The position numbers were made by a program, and so were the translations under genes. The notes under the pieces were generated by a model. It worked only from the letters and a program-made list of their open reading frames with translations. It did not search any database and was not told where the DNA came from. A stretch of DNA of 42,666 nucleotides from Phycisphaerae bacterium. Its GTDB lineage: Bacteria > Planctomycetota > Phycisphaerae > JAJVII01. This document shows positions 7,151-15,097 of the stretch, piece after piece (the stretch's first letter is position 1; each line of letters begins with the position of its first letter). The stretch spans positions 1 to 42,666 of the forward strand of contig JAQTVL010000001.1 of assembly GCA_028706835.1 (NCBI GenBank). Direction: 5' to 3'.

Positions 7151-8869
7151 TCATCGGGCCCTCTTGGACTTGTTGAGCCGCAGCTCTTTCGGCAGGTCGA
7201 TCGACTTGTCGCCGGCGGTGCTCGCGTCGTCGCCCTCCGCGGGGATCCGGGCCAGGAATGTCTCGACGATCGCCTCCTTGCCCATCTCCGCGGTGATCTC
7301 CTTGACCTTCAGCTCCTTGGCCAGGGCGAGGAGCTGCTCCTTGTCGTGGAGCTCCCAATACCGCTCCGACAACGGGCCGGCCTGGTGATCGAGCCAGCAG
7401 GCCTCCAGGTCGACGTCCAGAGCGGCGGCGATCGCCGGCAGCTCGGCCGCCTCGAGATCTTCGCTCGGACCGTGCTTCTCGTCGTAGAACAGCGAGGCAA
7501 TCCACTGGCGAGCCAGCCGATCGACGTCGTTGTCGCTCACCTCGCCGGCGAGCAAAGTGACAAAGATGTTCGCCCGCCACTTGGTGGCCGCTGCGACCCG
7601 GATCCCGGCCGACTTGCAGAGCTCGGCCATTCGCTGCGACATCGACCAGTCGCCGTAATTCGCCGCGGCCAAGAGGACTCGGATGAATTGGCCCGTGCTG
7701 GCAAACCCTTCCGTCAGGATGGCCCGGCTGATCTCGCAGCGGAGCAATTCGTCGCGGAATTCCGATATCTTGCGGCGGTACTCCTCGGCGGCCGCCTTCG
7801 CCGCGGCTCGCTTCTCCGCGGGTGTGAGTTCCTTCTTCGTGGCGCGACCGGTTCTTGCCGCCTCCGATCGCTTCTTGTGCTTCTGTGTGGCCTCCCAGGT
7901 GGCGCGGTGGGCCTTCCAGAGCTTGTCGAAGAGCTTTACGTTGAGTGCCCGGCTCTCCGTTTTCCCGCCTGGGGCCGGGACATGGATCAGATCGAGGTCC
8001 TTGCGCTGCTCCTCGGTCGGCTTGAGCGGTGGGACCGAGCCGCCGGCCAGGCCGGAGTATTCGTGCTTGTTCAACGGCCGCGTGTGCCGCCAGAGGACTC
8101 CATCGATGGCTGCTTCGACGTCGTCGGCCGAGAGCGGCTCCTCGTCGTTTCGTTTCTTGAGCTCCTTACCGAGGTCCCCGAGCAGTTTGGGGTGCCCCTT
8201 GAAAGGCAGGATCTGCCGAGCGTGGGTGGCGGACATTTCCCCGGAAATGATCCGCTTCTGCCACTCGGCCGGCAGCTCCAGGAGCCGCAGGCGATTGGCC
8301 ACGTGGGGCTGGCTGACCCCAAGGTGGTCGGCCAAGGCCTGTTGCGTCGGGTAGTCGCCGGCGTCGAGCAGTTGCTTGTAGCCGATCGCCTCCTCGATCG
8401 CGTTGAGATCTTTGCGTTGAAGGTTCTCGAGGATCACGACCGCCCGGGCCTCGGCGTCAGTCGCATCGCGGATCTCGCAACGGACCTGGGTCAGGCCCGC
8501 CTTGAGGACCGCCCGGAGCCGCCGCTCGCCGGCGAGCAGCTCGTAGCGGTCGCCCTTGGGGCGCACGACCAGGGGCTCAATGAGCCCATGCTCCTCGATC
8601 GTCGCCGCCAGCGCGGCGAGATTCTCCGCACCGAAATCCCGCCGCGGCTGATACGGGCTGGCATCGATCAACCCCGGCGAGATATTCTTGGGCTCGACGT
8701 TCTCCGTGCGGACAGGACGTTTGGCCCGGGCCGCGGCGGCCATTTCACGGATCGTGTGCCCGTTGCGACACAGGGGCGCGTCCAATAGCGGATCGGCCGC
8801 CTGGCCGTTGTGCTTGCCCTCGCGAGAAGATCCGCGTCCGCGGACCTGCGCCAATTGTTTGCTAACCAT
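7151..8869 (-). CDS. ParB/Spo0J-like N-terminal-domain protein with long C-terminal extension
   Basis: GLIEPLVVRP...YELLAGERRLRA (ParB box) followed by the HTH QQALADHLGVSQPHVANRLRLLELP. AGGAGG lies 5 nt upstream of ATG 8869. Confidence 0.7.
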   Translation of the reverse strand: MVSKQLAQVRGRGSSREGKHNGQAADPLLDAPLCRNGHTIREMAAAARAKRPVRTENVEPKNISPGLIDASPYQPRRDFGAENLAALAATIEEHGLIEPLVVRPKGDRYELLAGERRLRAVLKAGLTQVRCEIRDATDAEARAVVILENLQRKDLNAIEEAIGYKQLLDAGDYPTQQALADHLGVSQPHVANRLRLLELPAEWQKRIISGEMSATHARQILPFKGHPKLLGDLGKELKKRNDEEPLSADDVEAAIDGVLWRHTRPLNKHEYSGLAGGSVPPLKPTEEQRKDLDLIHVPAPGGKTESRALNVKLFDKLWKAHRATWEATQKHKKRSEAARTGRATKKELTPAEKRAAAKAAAEEYRRKISEFRDELLRCEISRAILTEGFASTGQFIRVLLAAANYGDWSMSQRMAELCKSAGIRVAAATKWRANIFVTLLAGEVSDNDVDRLARQWIASLFYDEKHGPSEDLEAAELPAIAAALDVDLEACWLDHQAGPLSERYWELHDKEQLLALAKELKVKEITAEMGKEAIVETFLARIPAEGDDASTAGDKSIDLPKELRLNKSKRAR

Positions 8870-8896
8870 CACCGACCTCCTGAAAAAGGGGAAAGA

Positions 8897-9115
8897 CTAT
8901 CTCGCAACTCTCCACACCTTGGCCCGGTGCCACCGGGTCCCATCCCACCTCACTCGCTGCTGATCTCGCAGGCGCAGCAGCGCCCCGTAGATCGTCCGCT
9001 TCTCCCACCGGCCGGCCAGGATCCAGGCCAGGGCCGGCCCGCTGAGCCCCATCGCCGCCCTCGAGCAAGCGTCCAGGGCCGAATACACCACGGCGGTGCA
9101 GCCAGCGGATCTCAT
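8897..9115 (-). CDS. hypothetical small protein
   Basis: 72-aa ORF. Its ATG overlaps the stop of the upstream gene (ATGA). Confidence 0.4.
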   Translation of the reverse strand: MRSAGCTAVVYSALDACSRAAMGLSGPALAWILAGRWEKRTIYGALLRLRDQQRVRWDGTRWHRAKVWRVAR

Positions 9116-10185
9116 GCCTCGTGCACCTCCGCGTGCACCTCCGCGTCATTTGGTACCAGCGGCCGTGGCGGCCAGACCGAGCCGCAGAGCAAGGCCTCCC
9201 GGCCGTAGCGCTCGATTGCCCGATCGAGCGCCGCCCGGGCGTCCGGAAGGTATGGCCGCACTTTTCGGAATGCCCGTCGCGTTACGGTCGAATTGAAAAT
9301 CGCCACACGATTCCGCCGCACCGATTCCGCCGGCAGCCCAGTCGCGTAGGCCGCCGCCGCCAGGATGAACAGGAGATCCGCCTCCGTGTCGCCTATCGCC
9401 GGATCCAGGGCCGAGAGCTGGCATCGGAACCATTTGATCAGCGTGCCAACCTGCTCGAGATTCCGCAGAGCAAGTTTCCGAAACACGCCGCACGAGAACT
9501 CGGTGGTGCATGGCAGCGGGTTGATCCTCCGCGATCTGGCCTGCTGCCAAAACTCCGGAGCGGCGGGACCGGTCACCACGATCCCGCCGCATACCCCTCG
9601 TTTGCTCGCTCTGGGCCTCCCGTCCGAATCCATCGAAGGCGGGTCGGCCTCCGGCCCGGTACGGGTTTCAAAGAGTGATTCAAAGAGTAGGTTTTCCTTA
9701 TAGGGGTGTCCTTCAGGGACACCCCCGTGTCCTTCAGGGACACCCCCGTGTCCTTCAGGGACACCCGGTCCATGGGGGGCACGATCTCCGCCAGGCCGAC
9801 GCGAGAGGTCGAGCAGTCGACGCACGCCGTCCCAATCGATCCAGTAGCTGTTTGCTGCCTGGCCGCCCGAAACGTAAGGGTCCTCACGCACGCCGATCAG
9901 GCCGAATCGGGCAGCGCGGGCGACGACCTTTCGGGCTCCCTCGCGACTGCAACAGAGCCCGTAGGGCGCCGCCGCCAGTTCCTTGTAGCTCTTCTTGCAG
10001 ACCAGGCCGGCGGCGCCGCCCTTGGTCACGCGGAACACATACATGCAAAGCTGGGCCAGCCGGCAGTCTCCCGAGGCGACGCGCATGAGGGCCAGACCGA
10101 GGACGTTTTTCAACTCGTCGCCCGAGGCCTCGGCCAGGCCGAAAGGAAGCTGCTGCTGCCGACCGCCGTTTCCGGGTGAAGCCAT
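9112..10185 (-). CDS. putative DNA-binding / replication-initiation protein carrying internal iterons
   Basis: 357-aa ORF. The N-terminal region looks winged-helix-like, a weak call. The central linker GVPEGHG x3 is encoded by three 21-bp dyad repeats next to an A+T-rich patch. Function is inferred from this lambda-O-like layout only. Confidence 0.4.
   Translation of the reverse strand: MASPGNGGRQQQLPFGLAEASGDELKNVLGLALMRVASGDCRLAQLCMYVFRVTKGGAAGLVCKKSYKELAAAPYGLCCSREGARKVVARAARFGLIGVREDPYVSGGQAANSYWIDWDGVRRLLDLSRRPGGDRAPHGPGVPEGHGGVPEGHGGVPEGHPYKENLLFESLFETRTGPEADPPSMDSDGRPRASKRGVCGGIVVTGPAAPEFWQQARSRRINPLPCTTEFSCGVFRKLALRNLEQVGTLIKWFRCQLSALDPAIGDTEADLLFILAAAAYATGLPAESVRRNRVAIFNSTVTRRAFRKVRPYLPDARAALDRAIERYGREALLCGSVWPPRPLVPNDAEVHAEVHEA
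9667..9690. repeat. 12-bp direct repeat x2 (TTCAAAGAGTGA / TTCAAAGAGTAG) in an A+T-rich patch
   Basis: Read directly. Adjacent to the 21-bp repeats. This is the locally lowest-G+C stretch inside this CDS. Confidence 0.7.
9706..9768. repeat. three head-to-tail 21-bp repeats, each with dyad GTGTCC-N5-GGACAC (iteron-like)
   Basis: GTGTCCTTCAGGGACACCCCC at 9706, 9727 and 9748. The third copy ends ...CCCGG. Confidence 0.8.
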
Positions 10186-10215
10186 AGTCGCGCTCCGTCG
10201 CTGGTGAATCGCCGA

Positions 10216-10974
10216 TCACGGCTCCCCGTAGAAGATCCGGGGCGGGTCGTCCACCAGGCCGGCGCTGAGCGTATTCGCGATGTCGTCCTGGGTGGACTGG
10301 ATCGCCGCCTCCAGGGCGTCGGGCTCGGGGCAGAGGTAGAAGACCTCGTTGGCCGGGTCGACGTCGAGGGTCATCCGGACGGATTTCTTCCAGATGATTC
10401 CCACCGATCGGTAGACGCGGATGTCGGCGGTGATCAGCTCGGGCAGGTCGGCGGTGCCAGAGACCTCCGCTTCCACGCTCCGGCCCAACGACTCTCGGCC
10501 GTGCTGGATGTTGGTCGTGCCGTCGCTGCGACGCTTGAAATCCAGCTTGCGAAACAAGGGGACCAGGTCCCCGGGCACCGCACCGACCAGGTCGTGACGC
10601 AGGAGGCGGATGATCCCCACCTGGTTCAATCGCTGCTCCGCTCGCAGCTTGCGCAGGCGCTCGAACTGCTCGGAGAATTGCAGCGGGAAAAAGACGCCGT
10701 CGCGCCGATACTCGTCGTCGATCAAGAGCGTGACGTTCGCCTCGGAATGCCAGACGGTGCCATGCTCGCCCCAACGCTCGCAGGCGCGGAGGAAGTCGTC
10801 CAGGGAGCCCACCCGGTGCGCCCGGTGGGCGGCGGGGAGCGCCAGCCCTTCGCGCATGCCCCCGGATTCGATGATCACATTGTCCGGGTCGCCGGGGATG
10901 GGGTGGATCTTCAGGCCGCTCGCGTCGACGGCCAAGGCCCTGATCTTCTCAAGGGTTTCGGGATGCAAAGACAT
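10216..10974 (-). CDS. hypothetical phage protein (possibly DUF2303/YfdQ-like)
   Basis: 252-aa ORF with AAAGGAA SD. The family guess rests on size, prophage early-region context and an N-terminal '...LEKIRALAV...' pattern only. Confidence 0.45.
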   Translation of the reverse strand: MSLHPETLEKIRALAVDASGLKIHPIPGDPDNVIIESGGMREGLALPAAHRAHRVGSLDDFLRACERWGEHGTVWHSEANVTLLIDDEYRRDGVFFPLQFSEQFERLRKLRAEQRLNQVGIIRLLRHDLVGAVPGDLVPLFRKLDFKRRSDGTTNIQHGRESLGRSVEAEVSGTADLPELITADIRVYRSVGIIWKKSVRMTLDVDPANEVFYLCPEPDALEAAIQSTQDDIANTLSAGLVDDPPRIFYGEP

Positions 10975-11022
10975 CAGAGATTCCTTTCAGCAAAGGGTCT
11001 AAGAGATAGAAAACGCAAACGC

Positions 11023-11397
11023 TCAGTTCTCGCCGGCGAACTTCTGCCGGGCGCGGCCATCCTCCTCGACGTCGCCGAAGGTGAGCTGCTCGACGTTGCT
11101 CGGGTCCTCGTCCGAGAAATACAGGCGGCCGCCGCTCTTCACCCCGAACGAGTAGACCTTGCTCCGCCGGGTCGGGATCTTATCGCGGATCTGAAACTTG
11201 CCGCGCACCCCCTCACACTTCCCGTCCTCGCCGCAGACCGGGGTGATCTCGGCCGAGAGCTCCAGCTTGCGCGGGCGCTCCTCGCCCGGCCGGTCCTCGC
11301 AATCGGCCACGATCCGTTTCATGGCCTGCTCGAACGCGGTCGCCACGCGGCCGCTGTCGAGGTTACGCAGTTCCTCCAATGTCAAAAATCGCAGCAT
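11023..11397 (-). CDS. hypothetical protein
   Basis: 124-aa ORF with AAAGGAG SD and ordinary composition. Confidence 0.5.
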   Translation of the reverse strand: MLRFLTLEELRNLDSGRVATAFEQAMKRIVADCEDRPGEERPRKLELSAEITPVCGEDGKCEGVRGKFQIRDKIPTRRSKVYSFGVKSGGRLYFSDEDPSNVEQLTFGDVEEDGRARQKFAGEN

Positions 11398-11412
11398 TGC
11401 AACGCTCCTTTC

Positions 11413-11700
11413 TCAAGTCGCCTTCTTCTGGCCAGGCGCGGCCATCAGGCGTCGGTCATCGGACCGCGCCATGACCTGGTCATAGGTGAATCCGCGGGGC
11501 GCCGCCGCGGCCGGGGAACAGCGGATTGCCAGCTTCAGATCCAACAGCCCCGCCAAGATCGGTCCGAGCCACCGCAAGCCGGGGATCGGACGGATCACCA
11601 CAGTCGGCGTCAAGTCGATCGTCATCCCCGGCAGTTCGATCCGCGTCGGGTCCCCGCTCAGCCGCCACCAGCCGACCGTCGTTTCCGTCGCTTCCGTCAT
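11413..11700 (-). CDS. hypothetical protein
   Basis: 95-aa ORF with AAGGAGG SD. Confidence 0.45.
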   Translation of the reverse strand: MTEATETTVGWWRLSGDPTRIELPGMTIDLTPTVVIRPIPGLRWLGPILAGLLDLKLAIRCSPAAAAPRGFTYDQVMARSDDRRLMAAPGQKKAT

Positions 11701-11724
11701 AAAAGCCTCCTTGTGGTAAACGAC

Positions 11725-12141
11725 CTAAACCCCGGCGTCCGCGCACTGGCTGCACAAATCCGGCTCGACCCAGTGGCAACCGCCCTCGCAGGCGCAATCG
11801 TCGGTGCAGCCGCACTCCCGGCAGTAGGTCACACCCCGCCGCGCGGCGGCCGCCTTGCGAAGCCGCTTGAATGTTTCGCAGGCCGCTTCCTCGTCGAGTT
11901 CGACTGCCCCCCTGCGGATCGCTTCGCGGCGCTTGCCGGCCGTCAGGTCGTAGTGCCGTAGGGAACGGTCTTGAAACCAGGTCCGCCGCACGACCAACTT
12001 GTCGGCCATGGCGTGGAGCTCCTCGATCGAGTCGGCGACCAGGTGGCACCACAGGCCTCCGTTACGCCGAGCGACGGCCCGGGCTGCGGGAGCCGTGGAC
12101 TCGATCGGCCATTGGAAGAGCGGATCGACGTAGACGGCCAT
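11725..12141 (-). CDS. DUF4031-domain protein with C-terminal Cys-cluster
   Basis: MAVYVDPL...WCHLVADS..ELHAMA...RRTWFQ...HYDL matches the DUF4031 pattern. C-terminus CRECGCTDDCACEGGCHWVEPDLCSQC. GGAGGG SD before ATG 12141. Confidence 0.6.
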   Translation of the reverse strand: MAVYVDPLFQWPIESTAPAARAVARRNGGLWCHLVADSIEELHAMADKLVVRRTWFQDRSLRHYDLTAGKRREAIRRGAVELDEEAACETFKRLRKAAAARRGVTYCRECGCTDDCACEGGCHWVEPDLCSQCADAGV

Positions 12142-12142
12142 T

Positions 12143-12490
12143 TCATTCGCCCTCCTGGTCCGCGAAGGCATCCCGGAGGCGCATCCGCACGCGTTGGATC
12201 TCGTCGACGAGTTGGCCGATGATCGCTGCCGGGCTGAGATCCCGCAGATCGAACGGCGACCCCAGGCGGTCGCAGGCCGATTTCACCTGGGCCAGCAGTT
12301 CGTCGCGTTCAAGGATAACGGTCCGCATCGGGTGCTTCTCGCACCCGGCAATGTGCTTCGATAGCAGCTCGTGCTGCGATGCCGGAGTCCCCGGTGGGTA
12401 TTCGTGGCCGCAGTAGGCGCAGGTCAGGACGTTGCCCGCCGGCGGCCGATCCATCGGGCCGCGATAAGATTCGCTGACTGGTCCAGGCAT
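12143..12490 (-). CDS. hypothetical protein (CxxC ... HxxxC zinc-finger-like)
   Basis: 115-aa ORF with CGGAGAAA SD. Contains CAYCGHEY...HIAGCEKH. Confidence 0.5.
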   Translation of the reverse strand: MPGPVSESYRGPMDRPPAGNVLTCAYCGHEYPPGTPASQHELLSKHIAGCEKHPMRTVILERDELLAQVKSACDRLGSPFDLRDLSPAAIIGQLVDEIQRVRMRLRDAFADQEGE

Positions 12491-12528
12491 GGCTCATTTC
12501 TCCGGAAATAAACGGCTAAACTCATCAG

Positions 12529-12601
12529 TGGGGGCGGCGGGACTCGAACCCGCAACCTCGAGGTTATGGGCCTCGCGAGCTGCCAATTGCTCTACGCCCC
12601 G
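12529..12601 (-). tRNA. tRNA, anticodon CAU, initiator-like but non-canonical (C1 opposite C72, C33)
   Basis: Hand-folded 73-nt cloverleaf. D stem GAGC/GCTC, anticodon stem CGAGG/CCTCG, loop CCCATAA, variable loop AGGTT, T arm GCGGG-TTCGAGT-CCCGC, acceptor positions 2-7 paired. No encoded CCA. Confidence 0.75.
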
Positions 12602-12794
12602 GGAGACACCGGAATGGAAGATCAGATTGGAGTCCTCGCACCTCCCGGCCCAGGGGGCCTGTTGAAAACGAAGCGGCGGCCCGGTGCCAACGTTTGCCCA
12701 GCCGGCCGGGCCGCCGGGCCGCCGCGCTCATCCATGGATCCGTCCCAAAAAGCCGCGATTCCACCGCGGCGCCAGACTGGTACCGAACAAGAAG

Positions 12795-12868
12795 TTGCGC
12801 GGGCGGGATTCGAACCCGCGACCTCCGGGGGGATGTGGCCCGGCGAGCGGCCGCCGCTCTTCCGCGCG
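12795..12868 (-). tRNA. initiator-tRNA-like gene with a 9-nt anticodon loop (CCACAUCCC), possibly a pseudogene
   Basis: Hand fold: C1 opposite A72, A73, A11:U24, stem CCGGG/CCCGG (G29-31:C39-41), variable loop AGGTC, T arm GCGGG-TTCGAAT-CCCGC. The loop is 9 nt with CAU at its centre. Confidence 0.6.
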
Positions 12869-13163
12869 TGAGGGATTCCTGGTTTCTTCCGTGTGCTCGG
12901 CTCGACACCTCCTTTCCTTGCAGCGTTCCTACTCAGCTCGCTCGTGGATCAAATTGGCGGCGGGAGGTCCCGTTAGGAGTCTTCGAGGACCGGGATACTC
13001 CCGCCGCCGGCAGCCGGACCCGATACCGTGCACGAGCTCGGGATCCATACCGCCAAAAGGGCCTTCCGGCCCCGTATGCAGCGCGCGGCGGCCGGGAACG
13101 GGCTTGGCCTGGCCGGCCGGGCCGCCGCGACTTTTTGTATTGCAGAAATTCATCATCGGTCTC

Positions 13164-14255
13164 TCAGAACAAGAGTTTCTGGCGAGGATCCGCCGTCTGC
13201 CGGGCCTTGGTCCGACGCTTGGCGGCGACCTCCTCGATCGCCCCGGCTGTCGCTCGCGGCGGGACGTAGTGGCCGCTGGTCATCGTCATGGCGGCGTGGC
13301 CGAGCTGCTTCTGGGCCGCGATCGGGTTGCCCTCGGCCAGGTCGCTGGCCAGCGCCTTGCGCAGGCCGTGGAAGCCGAATTGCCGATCGGCCGGGATGCC
13401 GGCCTTCTCGAGGAGCTGCTCGCGGATCGTGTCGAGGTGGCGCCGGCAGTGCGGCCAGGGGAAAACCAGCTCGCGGTCGGTGCGGATCGCCTGGATCGCC
13501 TCCCAGGCCTCGGCCGACACATAGAGTTTCAGGGCCTTGTGCCCCTTGATCGCTCCATACGGGATCTTGAGCCAATGACGGCCCTCCGGGTCCGTCGAGT
13601 GCCAAGCGTAGCGGATGGCCAGGGCCGACCCGATCCGGATGCCGACGTTGTAGATGTACACTATCAGACCCAACCACCAGGCCGAGGCCGCAACGCCGTC
13701 GATTCGCGGCGTGGTGGCGAACCGGCAGGCTCGCTTCCAGGCCTCGACCTCGTGGCCCTCGAATACGTCCTCCACCTCGTCGAGCCAGGCCGCGGGGCGC
13801 TGAAGATAGGGCGATTCGTCGAGCAGCCGCTTGGCCATCGGGTGGCGCCGATCCTTCGGGCCGGCCAGGTCGAGCACGTGCTGGAGGTGCACGCAGTGCT
13901 TGCGCACTGTGTTGACCGACAAAACCTCATGGCCCTCGCGCCCGGGCAGTCGCTTCAGCCGCTTGAGGAACTCCGCGCAGACCCACTCGTCGATTTCCTT
14001 GAGCGGCGGGTCGCCGGTCAGGTCATGCCAGTACTTGATAGTCTGGCCGTATTCGTAGAGGTTTCGCTCCGCGGCCCCGCCCGGCTCCATCACGGCCGGC
14101 CTGACGTAACGCTCGTAGAACTGACTCAAGCTCATCTCCGGCGAGAGCCCGTGCCGGATGTCGCTGTCGGCCGCGGCGGCCGCGGCCCGGAATAACCGAA
14201 TGAACGGCTGCGCCGCAGGCGGTTCTTTCTCTTGGCGTTTTGCTGGATGGCCCAT
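13164..14255 (-). CDS. int: tyrosine recombinase / phage integrase
   Basis: C-terminal FGFHGLRKALASDL ... LGHAAMTMTSGHY (R-H-R-Y catalytic signature region). Start moved to ATG 14255 (MGHPAKRQ), preceded by AGGAGAA. Confidence 0.8.
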   Translation of the reverse strand: MGHPAKRQEKEPPAAQPFIRLFRAAAAAADSDIRHGLSPEMSLSQFYERYVRPAVMEPGGAAERNLYEYGQTIKYWHDLTGDPPLKEIDEWVCAEFLKRLKRLPGREGHEVLSVNTVRKHCVHLQHVLDLAGPKDRRHPMAKRLLDESPYLQRPAAWLDEVEDVFEGHEVEAWKRACRFATTPRIDGVAASAWWLGLIVYIYNVGIRIGSALAIRYAWHSTDPEGRHWLKIPYGAIKGHKALKLYVSAEAWEAIQAIRTDRELVFPWPHCRRHLDTIREQLLEKAGIPADRQFGFHGLRKALASDLAEGNPIAAQKQLGHAAMTMTSGHYVPPRATAGAIEEVAAKRRTKARQTADPRQKLLF

Positions 14256-14311
14256 GTTCTGTTTTCTCCTGTGTTTTCCCGTGAAAAACCCAGGATCCGT
14301 CCCCAACGCTC

Positions 14312-14659
14312 CTATGACTTGGCGACCAGGCTCCGCAGCTTCGCGGCCGCCCGCAGAATCCTGCCCTCGACGTCGATGGGCAACCAGCCCCGCGACTTCC
14401 AGACGATCGCTTCCCGTTCGGACCACGGGCGCTGGATGATCGCCTCCCGATCGTTCCGCAGGTCGACGATCGCGACCGCGGAATTATCGATCAGCGTGAT
14501 CTCGGCCAATCGGATGGCGGTGTCATATCGGCTGCACCAGTCGATGAAGTCAGTTTCCCAGCCCTGCCAGCCCGGGCACCCCTGGCTGCCCGAAACCAAT
14601 ACGATCGCGAAGTTCTGAGTGCCGGTGGCCAACGGGTTGAGAGAGTCGATTCGACTCAT
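14312..14659 (-). CDS. hypothetical protein upstream of integrase
   Basis: 115 aa from ATG 14659 (MSRIDSLN), preceded by GAGGAGG. No HTH or excisionase pattern recognised. Confidence 0.5.
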   Translation of the reverse strand: MSRIDSLNPLATGTQNFAIVLVSGSQGCPGWQGWETDFIDWCSRYDTAIRLAEITLIDNSAVAIVDLRNDREAIIQRPWSEREAIVWKSRGWLPIDVEGRILRAAAKLRSLVAKS

Positions 14660-14951
14660 GTCGTCCTCCTCACCCCACGCGCCGCGCGTACGGCGAGCGC
14701 AGACCGTGTGAACGGTGCAACTCGCCGACGCGCTAGCGGCGCGCGGAGCCAATCGGGATTGCCCACAGCCCTACCCACAACTGGCGAAAAGGGCCGCGTT
14801 CGCGAGTCGCCAAACGCGCTCGGGCCTCAGGCAATCATCCCGGTTGGGATGCAAGCGTCAGAGACGCAGAAGAGGCTCTTGCAAGATCGGTGGCTCGCCA
14901 GTCGTTGTTTCACCGGGCCCACCGCGGGCCGCGGATTTTCGTGCGTCGGCC

Positions 14952-14981
14952 ATTAAAGACCCGAGAGGCCGATCGTGTCAA
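14952..14981 (-). promoter_or_regulatory. candidate sigma70-type promoter (TTGACA-N18-TTTAAT)
   Basis: Perfect -35 hexamer and near-consensus -10 on the minus strand, inside a ~440-nt ORF-poor spacer. Would give a ~285-nt leader for the 14659 gene and int. Confidence 0.35.
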
Positions 14982-15097
14982 GAGCTGGTTGCGCGGAATT
15001 TCAAGAAAGTTTTTCGGGCGGTCACCAAGGGCGCGCAACGTCCGGCGGCATTCTCACATGCGGCGTTGCGGGAAAAGTCGACAGGAGGCCGCGGAGA

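Noticed and set aside
7140-7580. N-terminal 147 codons of ORF 6258-7580.
   Set aside because: This part overlaps the ParB-like gene in another frame and is Arg/Gly junk. A GAGGAGG-preceded ATG at 7139 begins the HNH-type sequence.
9121-9145. 12-bp tandem duplication GTGCACCTCCGC x2.
   Set aside because: It lies at the extreme 3' end of the 9112-10185 CDS and encodes AEVHAEVH, with only two copies. It is most simply a slippage duplication and has no flanking regulatory context.
12795-12868. Whether the odd tRNA-like gene could be a tmRNA tRNA-like domain.
   Set aside because: It has a complete D arm and an anticodon-type stem, with no room for an mRNA-like domain. A tmRNA tRNA-like domain would lack these features.
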